Part shown: piece after piece, positions 39,674-48,524 of the stretch
Position numbering within the stretch: the stretch's first letter is position 1
Layout of the letters: the number at the start of each line of letters is the position of its first letter
Origin: Polyangiaceae bacterium
GTDB lineage: Bacteria > Myxococcota_A > Polyangia > Polyangiales > Polyangiaceae
Reading direction: 5' to 3'
Length of the DNA stretch: 64,000 bases
Assembly (NCBI GenBank): GCA_035063585.1
Contig: JAPSGB010000018.1
Location: 1 to 64,000, forward strand
Notes under the pieces: model-generated
Database searches by the model: none
What the model saw: only the letters and a program-made list of their open reading frames with translations
What the model was told of the DNA's origin: nothing
Made by a program: the position numbers and the translations under genes

Positions 39674-41500
39674 ATGGGGAAGCCGCTTCCCAGACTCGAG
39701 CCCGCGCGGGCGCGCGCGCCCAGCCACGTGCTCGTGGAGACGCAGTGCAACCTCGGCTGCGCGAGCTGCGCGAAGTGCGCGGCGCGCGGCGCGGTCGAGC
39801 TGGGAGCGTGGCCCCCCGGCCCCGTAGTCATCACGGGGGGCGAGCCGATGCTGGCGCGCGGGCTGCTCACGCGGATTCGCGCGAGTAGTGAGCTGACCTG
39901 GCTCGAGACGAACGGAACGCTCCTCTCGAGTGAGGTCAACGTCGCTCGGCTCGCGCGCGCCGGGCTCCACGGGGTGCGGCTGTTCCTGCCAGGCTGGGAC
40001 CGGACGTCGACCGATCGCATCGCGCGCGTCGAGGGCGCCGGCGCGCTGCAGGAACGTGCGGCAGAGAACCTTCTCGCGGCCGGGCTCGCGCTCGCGTTCG
40101 TGGTGCCGGTGTGGCGCGCGTACGCCCTGCAGCTCCACGAGTGGCTCGGGCGCGCCGAGCGGCTCGCCGAGCGGCGCCGGCATCGCGACACGCCGCTCGA
40201 GGTGTCCCTCGCCTGGATGCTGGCACCGGATGAGCCGCTCGACGAGACCGTCGAGCTCGCGCTCGGTCGCTTCGCGCTCGAGGCGACTCGGCGGAGCATG
40301 GTGGCGCGCTTCGACGGGCCGCTCGCACCCGCGGCGTGCGCGTTCACGCGCCCCGAGGCGTTCGCTTCGCTCTTTGCGGATGCCGCGCCGCAACGGAAAA
40401 AAAAGCCCCCGACCTGCGCGGGATGCGCGCTCGACGAGTCCTGCCCGGGGCCCGGCGCGGGGCGACCGGCGCGGGCGCTCTCCCCGGACGGCCGCGCGCC
40501 CATCGCGTTCGAGCTGGCCGTCGACACCCTCCGGCGAGCGGGCGACGTGCACGCTTGGGTGCACGCGGGAGAGAGCCGGCGGTGGGGTCGTGAGAACTTC
40601 GTGAGCATCGGCAGCGAGCCTGAGATCGGGGCGGCGCGCGCAGTCCCCTCCGCGCTCCTCCGCGCGTTTTACAACTGCAACGAGGACTGCACGTTCTGCT
40701 GGGTCGATCTCAAACAGCCGCGCGTGCCGGACGCGGCCGTAAATCAGACGCTCGCGTTGATGGGGCTCGAGAAGCTCCGCGCGCTCAGCATCACGGGCGG
40801 CGAACCTACCCTCGACAGGCGGCTAGAGGCGCAGATCCGCCTGGCGCGCGCGCTCGGAGTCACTCAGGTGACACTTCAGACCAACGCGGTGATGCTGGCA
40901 GACGCGGAACACGCGCGGCGGCTAGCCCACGCTGGGCTGACCCGCGCCTTCGTCTCGCTGCACGGCTCGACCCGCGCGACGTCCGAGCGGATCACCCGGA
41001 CGCCGGACACCTTCGAGCGCACCATCGACGGCATCCAGAACCTGCTCGCGGCGGGCGTCTCGGTGGGAGTCGGGGTGGTGTTCACCCACGAGAATCGAGA
41101 GGAGGCGCGCGCGCTCGTGGAGCTCGTCGCGACCCGCCTCGCTGGAGCCGACCTGACCCTGAGCGTCGCGGCGCCGATCAATGATCGGCTCGAGGTGGAG
41201 GCGATAACGCCTCGCTATGGTGAGCTCGCGCCGACGCTCCGCGAGGCAGCGTACGCGGCCCACGAGCTCGGTGTCCCGTTCGCTGGGCTGTTCGGTCAGT
41301 GCGGAGTGCCGCCATGCGTCCTCGACGCCGACCCGGTGTGTTTCCCTGAGCTCGCTCGAGAGCACCCCGACTGGTCGGCCGCGGAAGATTTCCTCCACGC
41401 CGAGGCCTGCTCGGGGTGCAGGCTCGAGAAGAAGTGCCCCGGCATCCGCCGGAGCTACGCTGCCGTGTACGGGACGAGCGAGCTCCGGAGGCTGCGCTGA
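39674..41500 (+). CDS. Tandem two-domain radical SAM protein
   Basis: Domain 1: CNLGCASC, ITGGEP, ETNG, CAGCALDESCPG. Domain 2: CNEDCTFC, ITGGEPT, QTNA, CSGCRLEKKCPG. Confidence 0.85.
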   Translation: MGKPLPRLEPARARAPSHVLVETQCNLGCASCAKCAARGAVELGAWPPGPVVITGGEPMLARGLLTRIRASSELTWLETNGTLLSSEVNVARLARAGLHGVRLFLPGWDRTSTDRIARVEGAGALQERAAENLLAAGLALAFVVPVWRAYALQLHEWLGRAERLAERRRHRDTPLEVSLAWMLAPDEPLDETVELALGRFALEATRRSMVARFDGPLAPAACAFTRPEAFASLFADAAPQRKKKPPTCAGCALDESCPGPGAGRPARALSPDGRAPIAFELAVDTLRRAGDVHAWVHAGESRRWGRENFVSIGSEPEIGAARAVPSALLRAFYNCNEDCTFCWVDLKQPRVPDAAVNQTLALMGLEKLRALSITGGEPTLDRRLEAQIRLARALGVTQVTLQTNAVMLADAEHARRLAHAGLTRAFVSLHGSTRATSERITRTPDTFERTIDGIQNLLAAGVSVGVGVVFTHENREEARALVELVATRLAGADLTLSVAAPINDRLEVEAITPRYGELAPTLREAAYAAHELGVPFAGLFGQCGVPPCVLDADPVCFPELAREHPDWSAAEDFLHAEACSGCRLEKKCPGIRRSYAAVYGTSELRRLR

Positions 41501-41504
41501 CCGC

Positions 41505-42056
41505 TCACGGCACCTTGAGATCGCAGTCGGTGCCGCAGTTCGACCGGACGCAGTCGACCGCGTCGGCCGCGAGCTGGCCCCCGGCGGTTTCCATGGTGGA
41601 GATGCAGGTCGCGACGTCTCCGCCGGCGTTCATCTGAGCGTTGCACAGGCACGGCCCGAAGGTGCCGAGCGCCCCCTTGCAGGCGCCATCACTCTCGCAC
41701 GCGGCCGCGGCAGCGCTGCAAGAGTCCTTGATGCAGGACTGGCAGGCCTTCGACATGATGGCGCAGCTGAACCCTCCGCCAGCTCCCGCTCCGCCAGCTG
41801 CGCCCGAACTACCGCTCGCGCCGCCGGCTGCGAGGCCGCCCGCGCCGGCGGAGCCGGACGCTCCGCCCGCGCCGGCGGAGCCGCCGGTCGAGCCCGCCGC
41901 GCCTCCGGTCGCGGAGCCCGCGCTCCCGCCCGTGTTCGAGCCCCCACCGCTCCCGCCCGTGTTCGAGCCGCCGCCGGGTGAGTCATCGCTGCCGCATCCA
42001 CCGATGATCGCTGCCCCTAGGACCACCGTCGTGAGCCAGACCGATTTCGTGCCCAT
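41505..42056 (-). CDS. Cys-rich lipoprotein with Gly/Ser linker
   Basis: Lipobox IGGC, GGSNTGG linker, about 12 Cys in the C-terminal domain. Confidence 0.75.
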   Translation of the reverse strand: MGTKSVWLTTVVLGAAIIGGCGSDDSPGGGSNTGGSGGGSNTGGSAGSATGGAAGSTGGSAGAGGASGSAGAGGLAAGGASGSSGAAGGAGAGGGFSCAIMSKACQSCIKDSCSAAAAACESDGACKGALGTFGPCLCNAQMNAGGDVATCISTMETAGGQLAADAVDCVRSNCGTDCDLKVP

Positions 42057-42171
42057 GCTCTCTCCTTTTCGCGACGTCGCGCACGTCGCGGCACCCAGGA
42101 TAGTCGTGGGCCCGTGGTCGCTGCAAGCTCCCGTCATCGACGAACTTCCGAAGGTGTGCCTTGATCCGCGC

Positions 42172-43968
42172 ATGAGCAGGGCGAAGGTCGATTTGGATGG
42201 TGTCGATGTCGTGGTGATCGGAGGCGGCCCGGCGGGCAGCACCGCCGCCAACATCCTCGCGCAGGCAGGTTGGCGCGTGCGACTCTTCGAGCGAGAGCGA
42301 TTCCCGCGCTACCACATAGGGGAGTCGCTCCAGGCCGGCACTCACTTCCTCTGGGACGCGCTCGGAGTGCGCGAGCGTCTCGCCAGCGCCGGCTTCGTCA
42401 TCAAGAAGGGCGCTACCTATCGCTGGGGGCAGAACGAGGCGCCTTGGAGCGTCACCTTCGCGGAAGAGGGCTCGTTCCCCACCGCGTATCAGGTTGATCG
42501 CGGAAAATTCGACCAGATCATGCTCGAGCGCGCGGCCGAGGTTGGCGTCGAGGTCCGCGAAGAGCACACCGTGCTCGGCCCCATCGTGGAAGATGGTCGA
42601 TGTGTAGGCGTGCGCGTCATCGGGCCCGACGAAGTGGAGCACGAGGTGCGAGCGCGCTACGTGGTGGACGCCTCCGGGCAAGCGCGCTGCCTCGACAAAC
42701 TCTTGCCCCCAACCACTCTGAACAAGAAGCTCGGGCGCGCGGCGATCTGGACCTACTTCGAGGGCGTCAGCTTCCTCCCCGACGTCGATCACGGAAACAT
42801 CTTCATCTCCACGATGCCGGAAGGTTGGTGCTGGTTCATCCCGCTCGCCGGTGATCGAACCAGCGTCGGGTGCGTCATCGGGAGCGAGTTCAAGGGCCGC
42901 TCGGCGCATGGGAGCGGTGACGGCGAGCCCGCGGATCTCCAGCAGCTCTTCGACTCGCTCTTGTCGACCTGCAAGCCGATCCACGAGCTTACCCGCTCTG
43001 CCCGACAGACAGAGGGCATCCACACCCTCTCGAACTGGTCGTACCGGCGAGAGCGCATCATCGCGCCGGGGCTCGTCGCGGTGGGAGACGCGGCGGGGTT
43101 CCTCGACCCCGTGCTCTCTGCCGGTGTCTTCCTCGCGACCATGACCGGCTACGTCGCGGCGGTGACGCTCAACACGGCGCTCCACGCGCCCGGCGATGAG
43201 CAGACCGCATGGAATTTCTTCGAGACCTGGACGTCGGAAGCCTATGGCGTGCACCGCTCGATGTGCGAGTACTGGTATGACGTCGAAGGCGTGGAAGACG
43301 ACCTCTTCTGGCACTCGCGCCAGCTGGTCGATCCCGCCGGTCACCTCACCGCCCGGCGCGCGTTCGTTCGCGCCACCGCGGGCTATGTCGGAAACCTCGC
43401 GGCGGTCGGCGCGCGAGGCCGCATCGATGCCGAGAACTTCCGACACCTCGGGGTGCGAAATCCGGAGCGGTTCGCCGACACCGACGTCGCTGCCGCGCAC
43501 GCAGATCAGGACCGCATCAACCACGCGAGCCAGCTCGCCGTGAGCGTCGGCGGCGATGCGTCCGTGCGCGTCACGGCGCCCGACGCGGACAGCTCGGAGC
43601 CGGTGCAGTACATCAGCCGCTATCGGCTCTTCACCATCCCCCCCGGGCTCGACGTCCCCTCCAAGGACGCAGCGGATCACGTGCTCTTCGTCGTGGAGCC
43701 TACCGACGGCAGGCGCGGAAGCTTCGTCGAGCTGAACCGAGCCCCAGCGAGCGCGTACAAGACGCTCGGTCAGGTCGCGTTCGGTTACCGCGCCAGACCA
43801 AACGACAGCGAGCGGCTCGGGCTCGCCCAGCTCGAGCGGCTACTGTCGCTCATCGGCCGCGAGGCACCGCCGAGCGCGCTCGAGTCGCCGGCCGCGGCGG
43901 CCGCCTGGCTCTGCGCGAACGGCGCGGAGGCCGGGCTCAGCGTCGCGCTGTGGTCGGTCCGCGGCTGA
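42172..43968 (+). CDS. Flavin-dependent halogenase-like FAD protein with C-terminal extension
   Basis: IGGGPAG, RYHIGESL, GFVIKKG, VDASG, GWCWFIPL (WxWxIP), VGDAAGFLDPVLSAGV. Confidence 0.85.
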   Translation: MSRAKVDLDGVDVVVIGGGPAGSTAANILAQAGWRVRLFERERFPRYHIGESLQAGTHFLWDALGVRERLASAGFVIKKGATYRWGQNEAPWSVTFAEEGSFPTAYQVDRGKFDQIMLERAAEVGVEVREEHTVLGPIVEDGRCVGVRVIGPDEVEHEVRARYVVDASGQARCLDKLLPPTTLNKKLGRAAIWTYFEGVSFLPDVDHGNIFISTMPEGWCWFIPLAGDRTSVGCVIGSEFKGRSAHGSGDGEPADLQQLFDSLLSTCKPIHELTRSARQTEGIHTLSNWSYRRERIIAPGLVAVGDAAGFLDPVLSAGVFLATMTGYVAAVTLNTALHAPGDEQTAWNFFETWTSEAYGVHRSMCEYWYDVEGVEDDLFWHSRQLVDPAGHLTARRAFVRATAGYVGNLAAVGARGRIDAENFRHLGVRNPERFADTDVAAAHADQDRINHASQLAVSVGGDASVRVTAPDADSSEPVQYISRYRLFTIPPGLDVPSKDAADHVLFVVEPTDGRRGSFVELNRAPASAYKTLGQVAFGYRARPNDSERLGLAQLERLLSLIGREAPPSALESPAAAAAWLCANGAEAGLSVALWSVRG

Positions 43969-44048
43969 CGCGAACGTCAGCGATACGAATCAACGCCTCG
44001 TGGGACGCCACCGGCCGCCGCTCGTCGCGGCTGACGTGAACGTCAGCG
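43960..44048. repeat. Two 23-bp palindromic direct repeats between convergent genes (possible terminator or REP-like element)
   Basis: cgcggCTGACGYGAACGTCAGcg at 43960-43982 and 44026-44048, separated by 43 bp. Confidence 0.7.
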
Positions 44049-44894
44049 CGCCGCGCGCGCGAGCTCGGCGAGCCCCTCGGCGAGGCTGATGCGCGGCGCC
44101 CAGCCGAGCTCGGTGAGCGCGCGGGCGCACGCCCGCTCCTCGACGACCTCGCCTGGGCGGAGCCGCGCCGGGTCGACGACGAGGTCGAGCGCCCTCCCGC
44201 TCGCAGTCTCGAGCAGCCTCGCGAGCTCGCGCGGAGTGGTCGCTCGCCCGCTCGCGACGTTCATCGCGCGCACCTCGCCGATCGCGGGCGGGTGAGCGAG
44301 CGCCGTGACGATGGCGTCGCACACGTCCTTCACGTGGAGGTAGTCGCGGCCGTGCTCGAGCTCGCCGACCGGCACTCGCGCGCGCCCGAGCGCTGCGAGC
44401 AGGTGCGCGACGATGAACTCGTCGCGCTGCCCCGGACCATACACGTTGAAGATCCGGAGGGCGCTCACGCCAAACGTGGTTCCGCGCCGGGCCGACAGGC
44501 CAGCCAAGCGCTCGCACGCGAGCTTCAGTTCCCCGAGGAACGTCGTCGGGACGAGCGGAAAATTCTCTTCGATGGGGAGCCGCGCGGGAGGGGCGTAGAC
44601 CTTGCCGCTCGAGGCGATGACGAGGTGACGAGCACCGGCGCTCGCTGCTCGGGAGACGGCCGCGAGCGTAGCGCCGATCGCGCTCGCGAGCGCTTCGACG
44701 GGAGCGCCGCGGCGGAGCGCCGCGCTGGTCGGGAAGGCGAGGTGCACGACGGCGTCGACCGGCTCGTGCGGCGCATCGAGCATGCCCCCCGCGCGCATGA
44801 GCGGCAGCACGCGGTCGCCTCGCGCGGCGAGCGCGCGCGTGAGATGCGCGCCGATGAAGCCCCCGGCGCCGCTCACGGCGACCACCCGCGTCAC
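44043..44894 (-). CDS. NAD-dependent epimerase/reductase (extended SDR)
   Basis: SGAGGFIG, ASSGKVY, LRIFNVYGPG, RDYLHVKD; GTG start inferred. Confidence 0.85.
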   Translation of the reverse strand: MTRVVAVSGAGGFIGAHLTRALAARGDRVLPLMRAGGMLDAPHEPVDAVVHLAFPTSAALRRGAPVEALASAIGATLAAVSRAASAGARHLVIASSGKVYAPPARLPIEENFPLVPTTFLGELKLACERLAGLSARRGTTFGVSALRIFNVYGPGQRDEFIVAHLLAALGRARVPVGELEHGRDYLHVKDVCDAIVTALAHPPAIGEVRAMNVASGRATTPRELARLLETASGRALDLVVDPARLRPGEVVEERACARALTELGWAPRISLAEGLAELARAAR

Positions 44895-44896
44895 GT

Positions 44897-45883
44897 TCAG
44901 GCCGTCCCGGCGGCGACCCGCTCGCGCCAGTATGCGAGGGTGTCGCTGAGCGTGTCGTCGAGCGAGCGCTCGGGCCGCCACCCGGTGACCTCGTGGAACG
45001 GGCGAGTGTCGGCGACCAACCGGCGCACTTCAGTGGGACGGACGAGCGCCGGATCCGTTTCGATGCGGATCGCCGCGGGCATCGACGAGGCCGCGAGCAG
45101 CCGCTCGAGACACTCGCGAACCGTGAGCACTTGGTCACTGCCGATGAGGAAGAGCTCGCCCGGCGGGCACCGCTCGAGCGCAAGCTCATAGGCGTTCACC
45201 ATGTCGCGCACGTCCGTCCAGTTGCGGCGCGCCTCGAGGTTACCGACGCGCACCACGGGCGGCGCGAGCCCCGCCTCGATGCGCGCGATTTGCCACGCAA
45301 AGCTCGGGAGTGCGAACACGCGATCGCGCCGCGGCCCCTCATGGTTGAAGGCTCGTATCCGGATCACGTGGAGCCCGTAGCTCGCATGGTGCTCGTAGCC
45401 GAGCAGATCCTGCGCGACCTTGCTCACGGCGTAGGGGTTGAGCGGTCGGAGCGGCGTGGCCGGCGTGATGGGAAGCTCGGCCTCGGGCACCTCGCCGTAC
45501 TCTTCTCCGGAGCCGGGGAGGAGCACGCGGGTCGCCGCGAGCGCGGTCCGCCGGAGCGCCTCGAGCAGATAGAGGGTGCCGAGCGTGTTGGTCCGAAAGT
45601 ACACCTCGGGGGCGCCCCACGAGGGCGACACGAAGCTCTGCGCGCCGAGGTGGAAGATGCGCTCTGGTCGGACGCTCGCGACGACGTCATGCACGCTAAA
45701 TGGGTCGGTGAGATCGACCGTATGCCATCGCACCCGCGTCTCGACATCGGGGATGTGACGCACCAAGTCCATCCGCGACGACCAGCGGCGCGTCGCATGC
45801 ACCTCGACTTCCGGGCGCGGGAGGAGGCGCTCGAGCAGGTGGCTGCCGACGAAACCCGTCGCTCCGGTAACCAGGACTTTCAT
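44897..45883 (-). CDS. GDP-sugar 4,6-dehydratase/reductase family (GMD/Rmd-like)
   Basis: VTGATGFVGSHL, HLGAQSFV, GSGEEYG, PYAVSK, RAFNHEGPRR, VGNLEARRNWTDVRD, RPTEV. Confidence 0.88.
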   Translation of the reverse strand: MKVLVTGATGFVGSHLLERLLPRPEVEVHATRRWSSRMDLVRHIPDVETRVRWHTVDLTDPFSVHDVVASVRPERIFHLGAQSFVSPSWGAPEVYFRTNTLGTLYLLEALRRTALAATRVLLPGSGEEYGEVPEAELPITPATPLRPLNPYAVSKVAQDLLGYEHHASYGLHVIRIRAFNHEGPRRDRVFALPSFAWQIARIEAGLAPPVVRVGNLEARRNWTDVRDMVNAYELALERCPPGELFLIGSDQVLTVRECLERLLAASSMPAAIRIETDPALVRPTEVRRLVADTRPFHEVTGWRPERSLDDTLSDTLAYWRERVAAGTA

Positions 45884-46641
45884 GATGTGCCCGCGCGCGA
45901 GCTTGCCATGAATCGCCGCACGGCAATAACGAGTGTCTCGCGCGCGATCGCCCACGCTTCGGTGGGCCGGGGGACCGCGCCGAGGCGGCCGACCCGCAGC
46001 TCGAAGCGGGCGCGACCGGCGGTGCGCGCGAGGTGCGTGACTGGCACCTCGGCGAGCCGCGCGCCCCGCGCGAGCGCGCGGCCGAGGAGCTCGGCGTTGA
46101 TGACGCCAGTGCGGCTGCGGAGGGGCGGGCCCTCGACGAGGCGCGCGCGGACGAGCTTGAAGGCGCAGTCGAGATCGGTGACGCCAGAGGTCCCGGTGAG
46201 TCGGGTCGCGACCTCGCCGTAGAGCCGGCTCGCGGCGCGGCGCGCCAGCGAGTCGTGACGCGACGCGCGGTAGCCAACTACCAGATCGCGCCCGGGGGTG
46301 AGAGCGACCAAGCGGGGAAGCTCGGCGTGGTCGAACTGACCGTCGGCGTCGGTGAGCAAGAGCCACTCGAAGCGCGCAGCCTCGAGCCCGAGCGCGAGCG
46401 CGCGCCCGTAGCCCGGATCGGCCGCGCGCTGGGTGAGCACGCGCACGTCGCCCCGCACCTCTGCGAGCCGGCGCGCGAGCTCTGGCGTGCCGTCGCGGGC
46501 GCGCTCGCTCACCACCAGGAGGATCTCGTGCGACGACGCTACCTCGACGAGCGCCCGGCCGAGCCGTGCGACCACGCCCGGCAGGTTCTCGACCTCCTCG
46601 AAGCACGGTAAGACCGCGCTGATGGCGAGCCGCTCGGTCAC
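45880..46641 (-). CDS. Glycosyltransferase family 2
   Basis: VLPCFEE, GYGRAL, TDADGQFD, DLDCAFKL. Confidence 0.88.
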   Translation of the reverse strand: MTERLAISAVLPCFEEVENLPGVVARLGRALVEVASSHEILLVVSERARDGTPELARRLAEVRGDVRVLTQRAADPGYGRALALGLEAARFEWLLLTDADGQFDHAELPRLVALTPGRDLVVGYRASRHDSLARRAASRLYGEVATRLTGTSGVTDLDCAFKLVRARLVEGPPLRSRTGVINAELLGRALARGARLAEVPVTHLARTAGRARFELRVGRLGAVPRPTEAWAIARETLVIAVRRFMASSRAGTS

Positions 46642-47243
46642 GGGTGAGCGATGCGCCGGCGGAAACCGTCGGTGATCAAGTGCTCGAGCGCGCTGTGCGC
46701 GCTCTCCACGATCCCGAATTTTCGGCTCTGGAGCACCAAGGCATGATCGACCAGCGCGCGCGCGCGCCCGCCGCCGAACCCGAGGATCCCGACCGTCACC
46801 GCGCCGTGATCGCTGGCGGCGCGCACGGCGCGGAGCACGTTCTCCGAGTCGCCCGAGGCGGTGAGCACGATCACGATGTCGCCGGCCGCGACGTTGCTCG
46901 CCACCTGCTCGGAGAAGACGTTCTCGTAGCCGAGATCGTTGGCGAGCGCGGTGAGCACCGGCACGTTGTCGTTGAGGCTACTTACCCGCAGCCGCTTGCC
47001 GCTGCGCGCGGCAGCCTGCAAGTCGCACGCGAAGTGCGACGCGGTCGCCGCGCTCCCACCGTTGCCCATGATGAGCACCGCGCGGCCGGCGCGGTGCGCG
47101 TCCGCGAGGAGCCCGACGATACGCTCGACGGCGCGCTCGTCGATTTCCCCGAGCGCAGCGACGAGCTCGTCGAGGAACGCCCGGGTCGGACTCGGCTCGA
47201 GCCGGCTCACTGACTTCAGGGGCGGGTGCTTCGCAGAGACCAT
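46638..47243 (-). CDS. gmhA: SIS-domain phosphoheptose isomerase
   Basis: MGNGGSAATASHFACDL, LTALANDLGYENVFSEQ, TASGDSENV, ESAH. Confidence 0.85.
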   Translation of the reverse strand: MVSAKHPPLKSVSRLEPSPTRAFLDELVAALGEIDERAVERIVGLLADAHRAGRAVLIMGNGGSAATASHFACDLQAAARSGKRLRVSSLNDNVPVLTALANDLGYENVFSEQVASNVAAGDIVIVLTASGDSENVLRAVRAASDHGAVTVGILGFGGGRARALVDHALVLQSRKFGIVESAHSALEHLITDGFRRRIAHP

Positions 47244-47282
47244 GACGAGCCTCGAGGTCGGGCCCTCATTATGGCACCTCGG

Positions 47283-48524
47283 TCACCCGTTCGCGATGCC
47301 TTCCGCCACGAGGCGCATCACCTCGAAATCCTCGAGAGGGAGCAACTCGACCCCAGCCCCGAGCCTCCCCGCGAGCGCGGCGTGTCGCACGAGCGGCGCG
47401 TACACCGCGCGCACGGCGGAGAGCGGGATGGGCGAGCCGACCAGCCGCTCGTCCGTCCAGGCGTAAGCCGGATCGGCACGACAAGAGAGCCCGGTCGAGT
47501 CGATCGCCAGCAACACCGGGAATTGCGCCTTCAGCGCCTCGAGGATCCGCGCCTTCTCGGCCGTCCGCGCGGCGTCGTCCTCGGGCAGCGCGCAAAGCAG
47601 GCGCGCCCGGAGCGCGGGCGCGTGAGCGAGCACCCCTCTGCGCAGCCGATCGGCGGCCGGCGTGGAAGGAAGCCTCGGAGCCCGCGCCATCCGCATCACG
47701 ACCGCCGCCAGCGCGTTGTTCACCGCGGTGGCGTGGTCGGCGGGCGGACCGAGGCGACGGCTGTACTGGCGGCCGTCGCCGGGGAGCGCGTCGCGTGCCG
47801 CCCGCTCCAAGACCTCGTCGAAGGCGGCGCAGAGGGCCTGCTCCATCTCGAGAGTCCGGTAGCGAACGAGGCTCCGAGCCTTCTCGAGCCACTCTTCGGT
47901 AACGCGCGGCTCGCCCTGAGCGAAGAGCAGCACGCTGACGAAGGCGGCGAGCGGCACATGCCCCGCGCGGACCGCCGAGATCGTGAGCTCAGCTCCGGTG
48001 GAGTCGGCGTTCGTGTGAGCGAAGGTCGCCGCAGCGTAGAGCGCGACCACGCTCCGCGCGAGGCACACGAACACTTCCGGCTGCTCGATCCCGGTGAGCG
48101 CGACCTCGCCGGTGTAGCCATCACCACCCGGACGGAGCGCGCTATCCCGCAAGATCCCGTCGAGCGCCCATGAGCCAGTGCCATGGATCCAGTAGCCGCT
48201 GCGGAGGAGCGCCGCGAACCGTGGGAGCGTGTCGAGCGCGAGCGCGGCCCCCGCCGCTCCGGCCTGCGAGTACGCGACGCTCACGGCGCGGGAGAGCCGG
48301 CGCTCGAGCTCGGCCGCCGTGACGTCGTCCACGCAGTGCGCTCGAGGCTCGAGGGCTCGCGCGAGCCGGGCGGCACGCGCGAGCCACTCCTCCGGCGCAG
48401 CCGGCACGTCGAGGAGGCCTTGCTGGCCGGAGAGCTCGACGAACCGGCGCGGCAGCTCCCCGTACACGGCGCTCGAGTCCTCGGTCGGCGCGTCTTCACC
48501 GAGCTCCGAGCCGTCTTCGCTCAC
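47283..48524 (-). CDS. Hypothetical protein (possible ADP-ribosyltransferase-like fold)
   Basis: GTGA-coupled to the upstream radical SAM gene; WIHGTGSWALDGILRDSALRP segment. Confidence 0.55.
   Translation of the reverse strand: MSEDGSELGEDAPTEDSSAVYGELPRRFVELSGQQGLLDVPAAPEEWLARAARLARALEPRAHCVDDVTAAELERRLSRAVSVAYSQAGAAGAALALDTLPRFAALLRSGYWIHGTGSWALDGILRDSALRPGGDGYTGEVALTGIEQPEVFVCLARSVVALYAAATFAHTNADSTGAELTISAVRAGHVPLAAFVSVLLFAQGEPRVTEEWLEKARSLVRYRTLEMEQALCAAFDEVLERAARDALPGDGRQYSRRLGPPADHATAVNNALAAVVMRMARAPRLPSTPAADRLRRGVLAHAPALRARLLCALPEDDAARTAEKARILEALKAQFPVLLAIDSTGLSCRADPAYAWTDERLVGSPIPLSAVRAVYAPLVRHAALAGRLGAGVELLPLEDFEVMRLVAEGIANG

Noticed and set aside
41641..42171. Pro-rich N-terminal extension of the halogenase ORF
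   Set aside because: It is the antisense of the Gly-rich lipoprotein 41505-42056; the FAD-binding motif starts just after ATG 42172.
43960..44048. Repeat-spacer-repeat as a mini-CRISPR
   Set aside because: Only two copies, both overlapping stop codons, and no cas genes; reported as a REP/terminator-like element instead.
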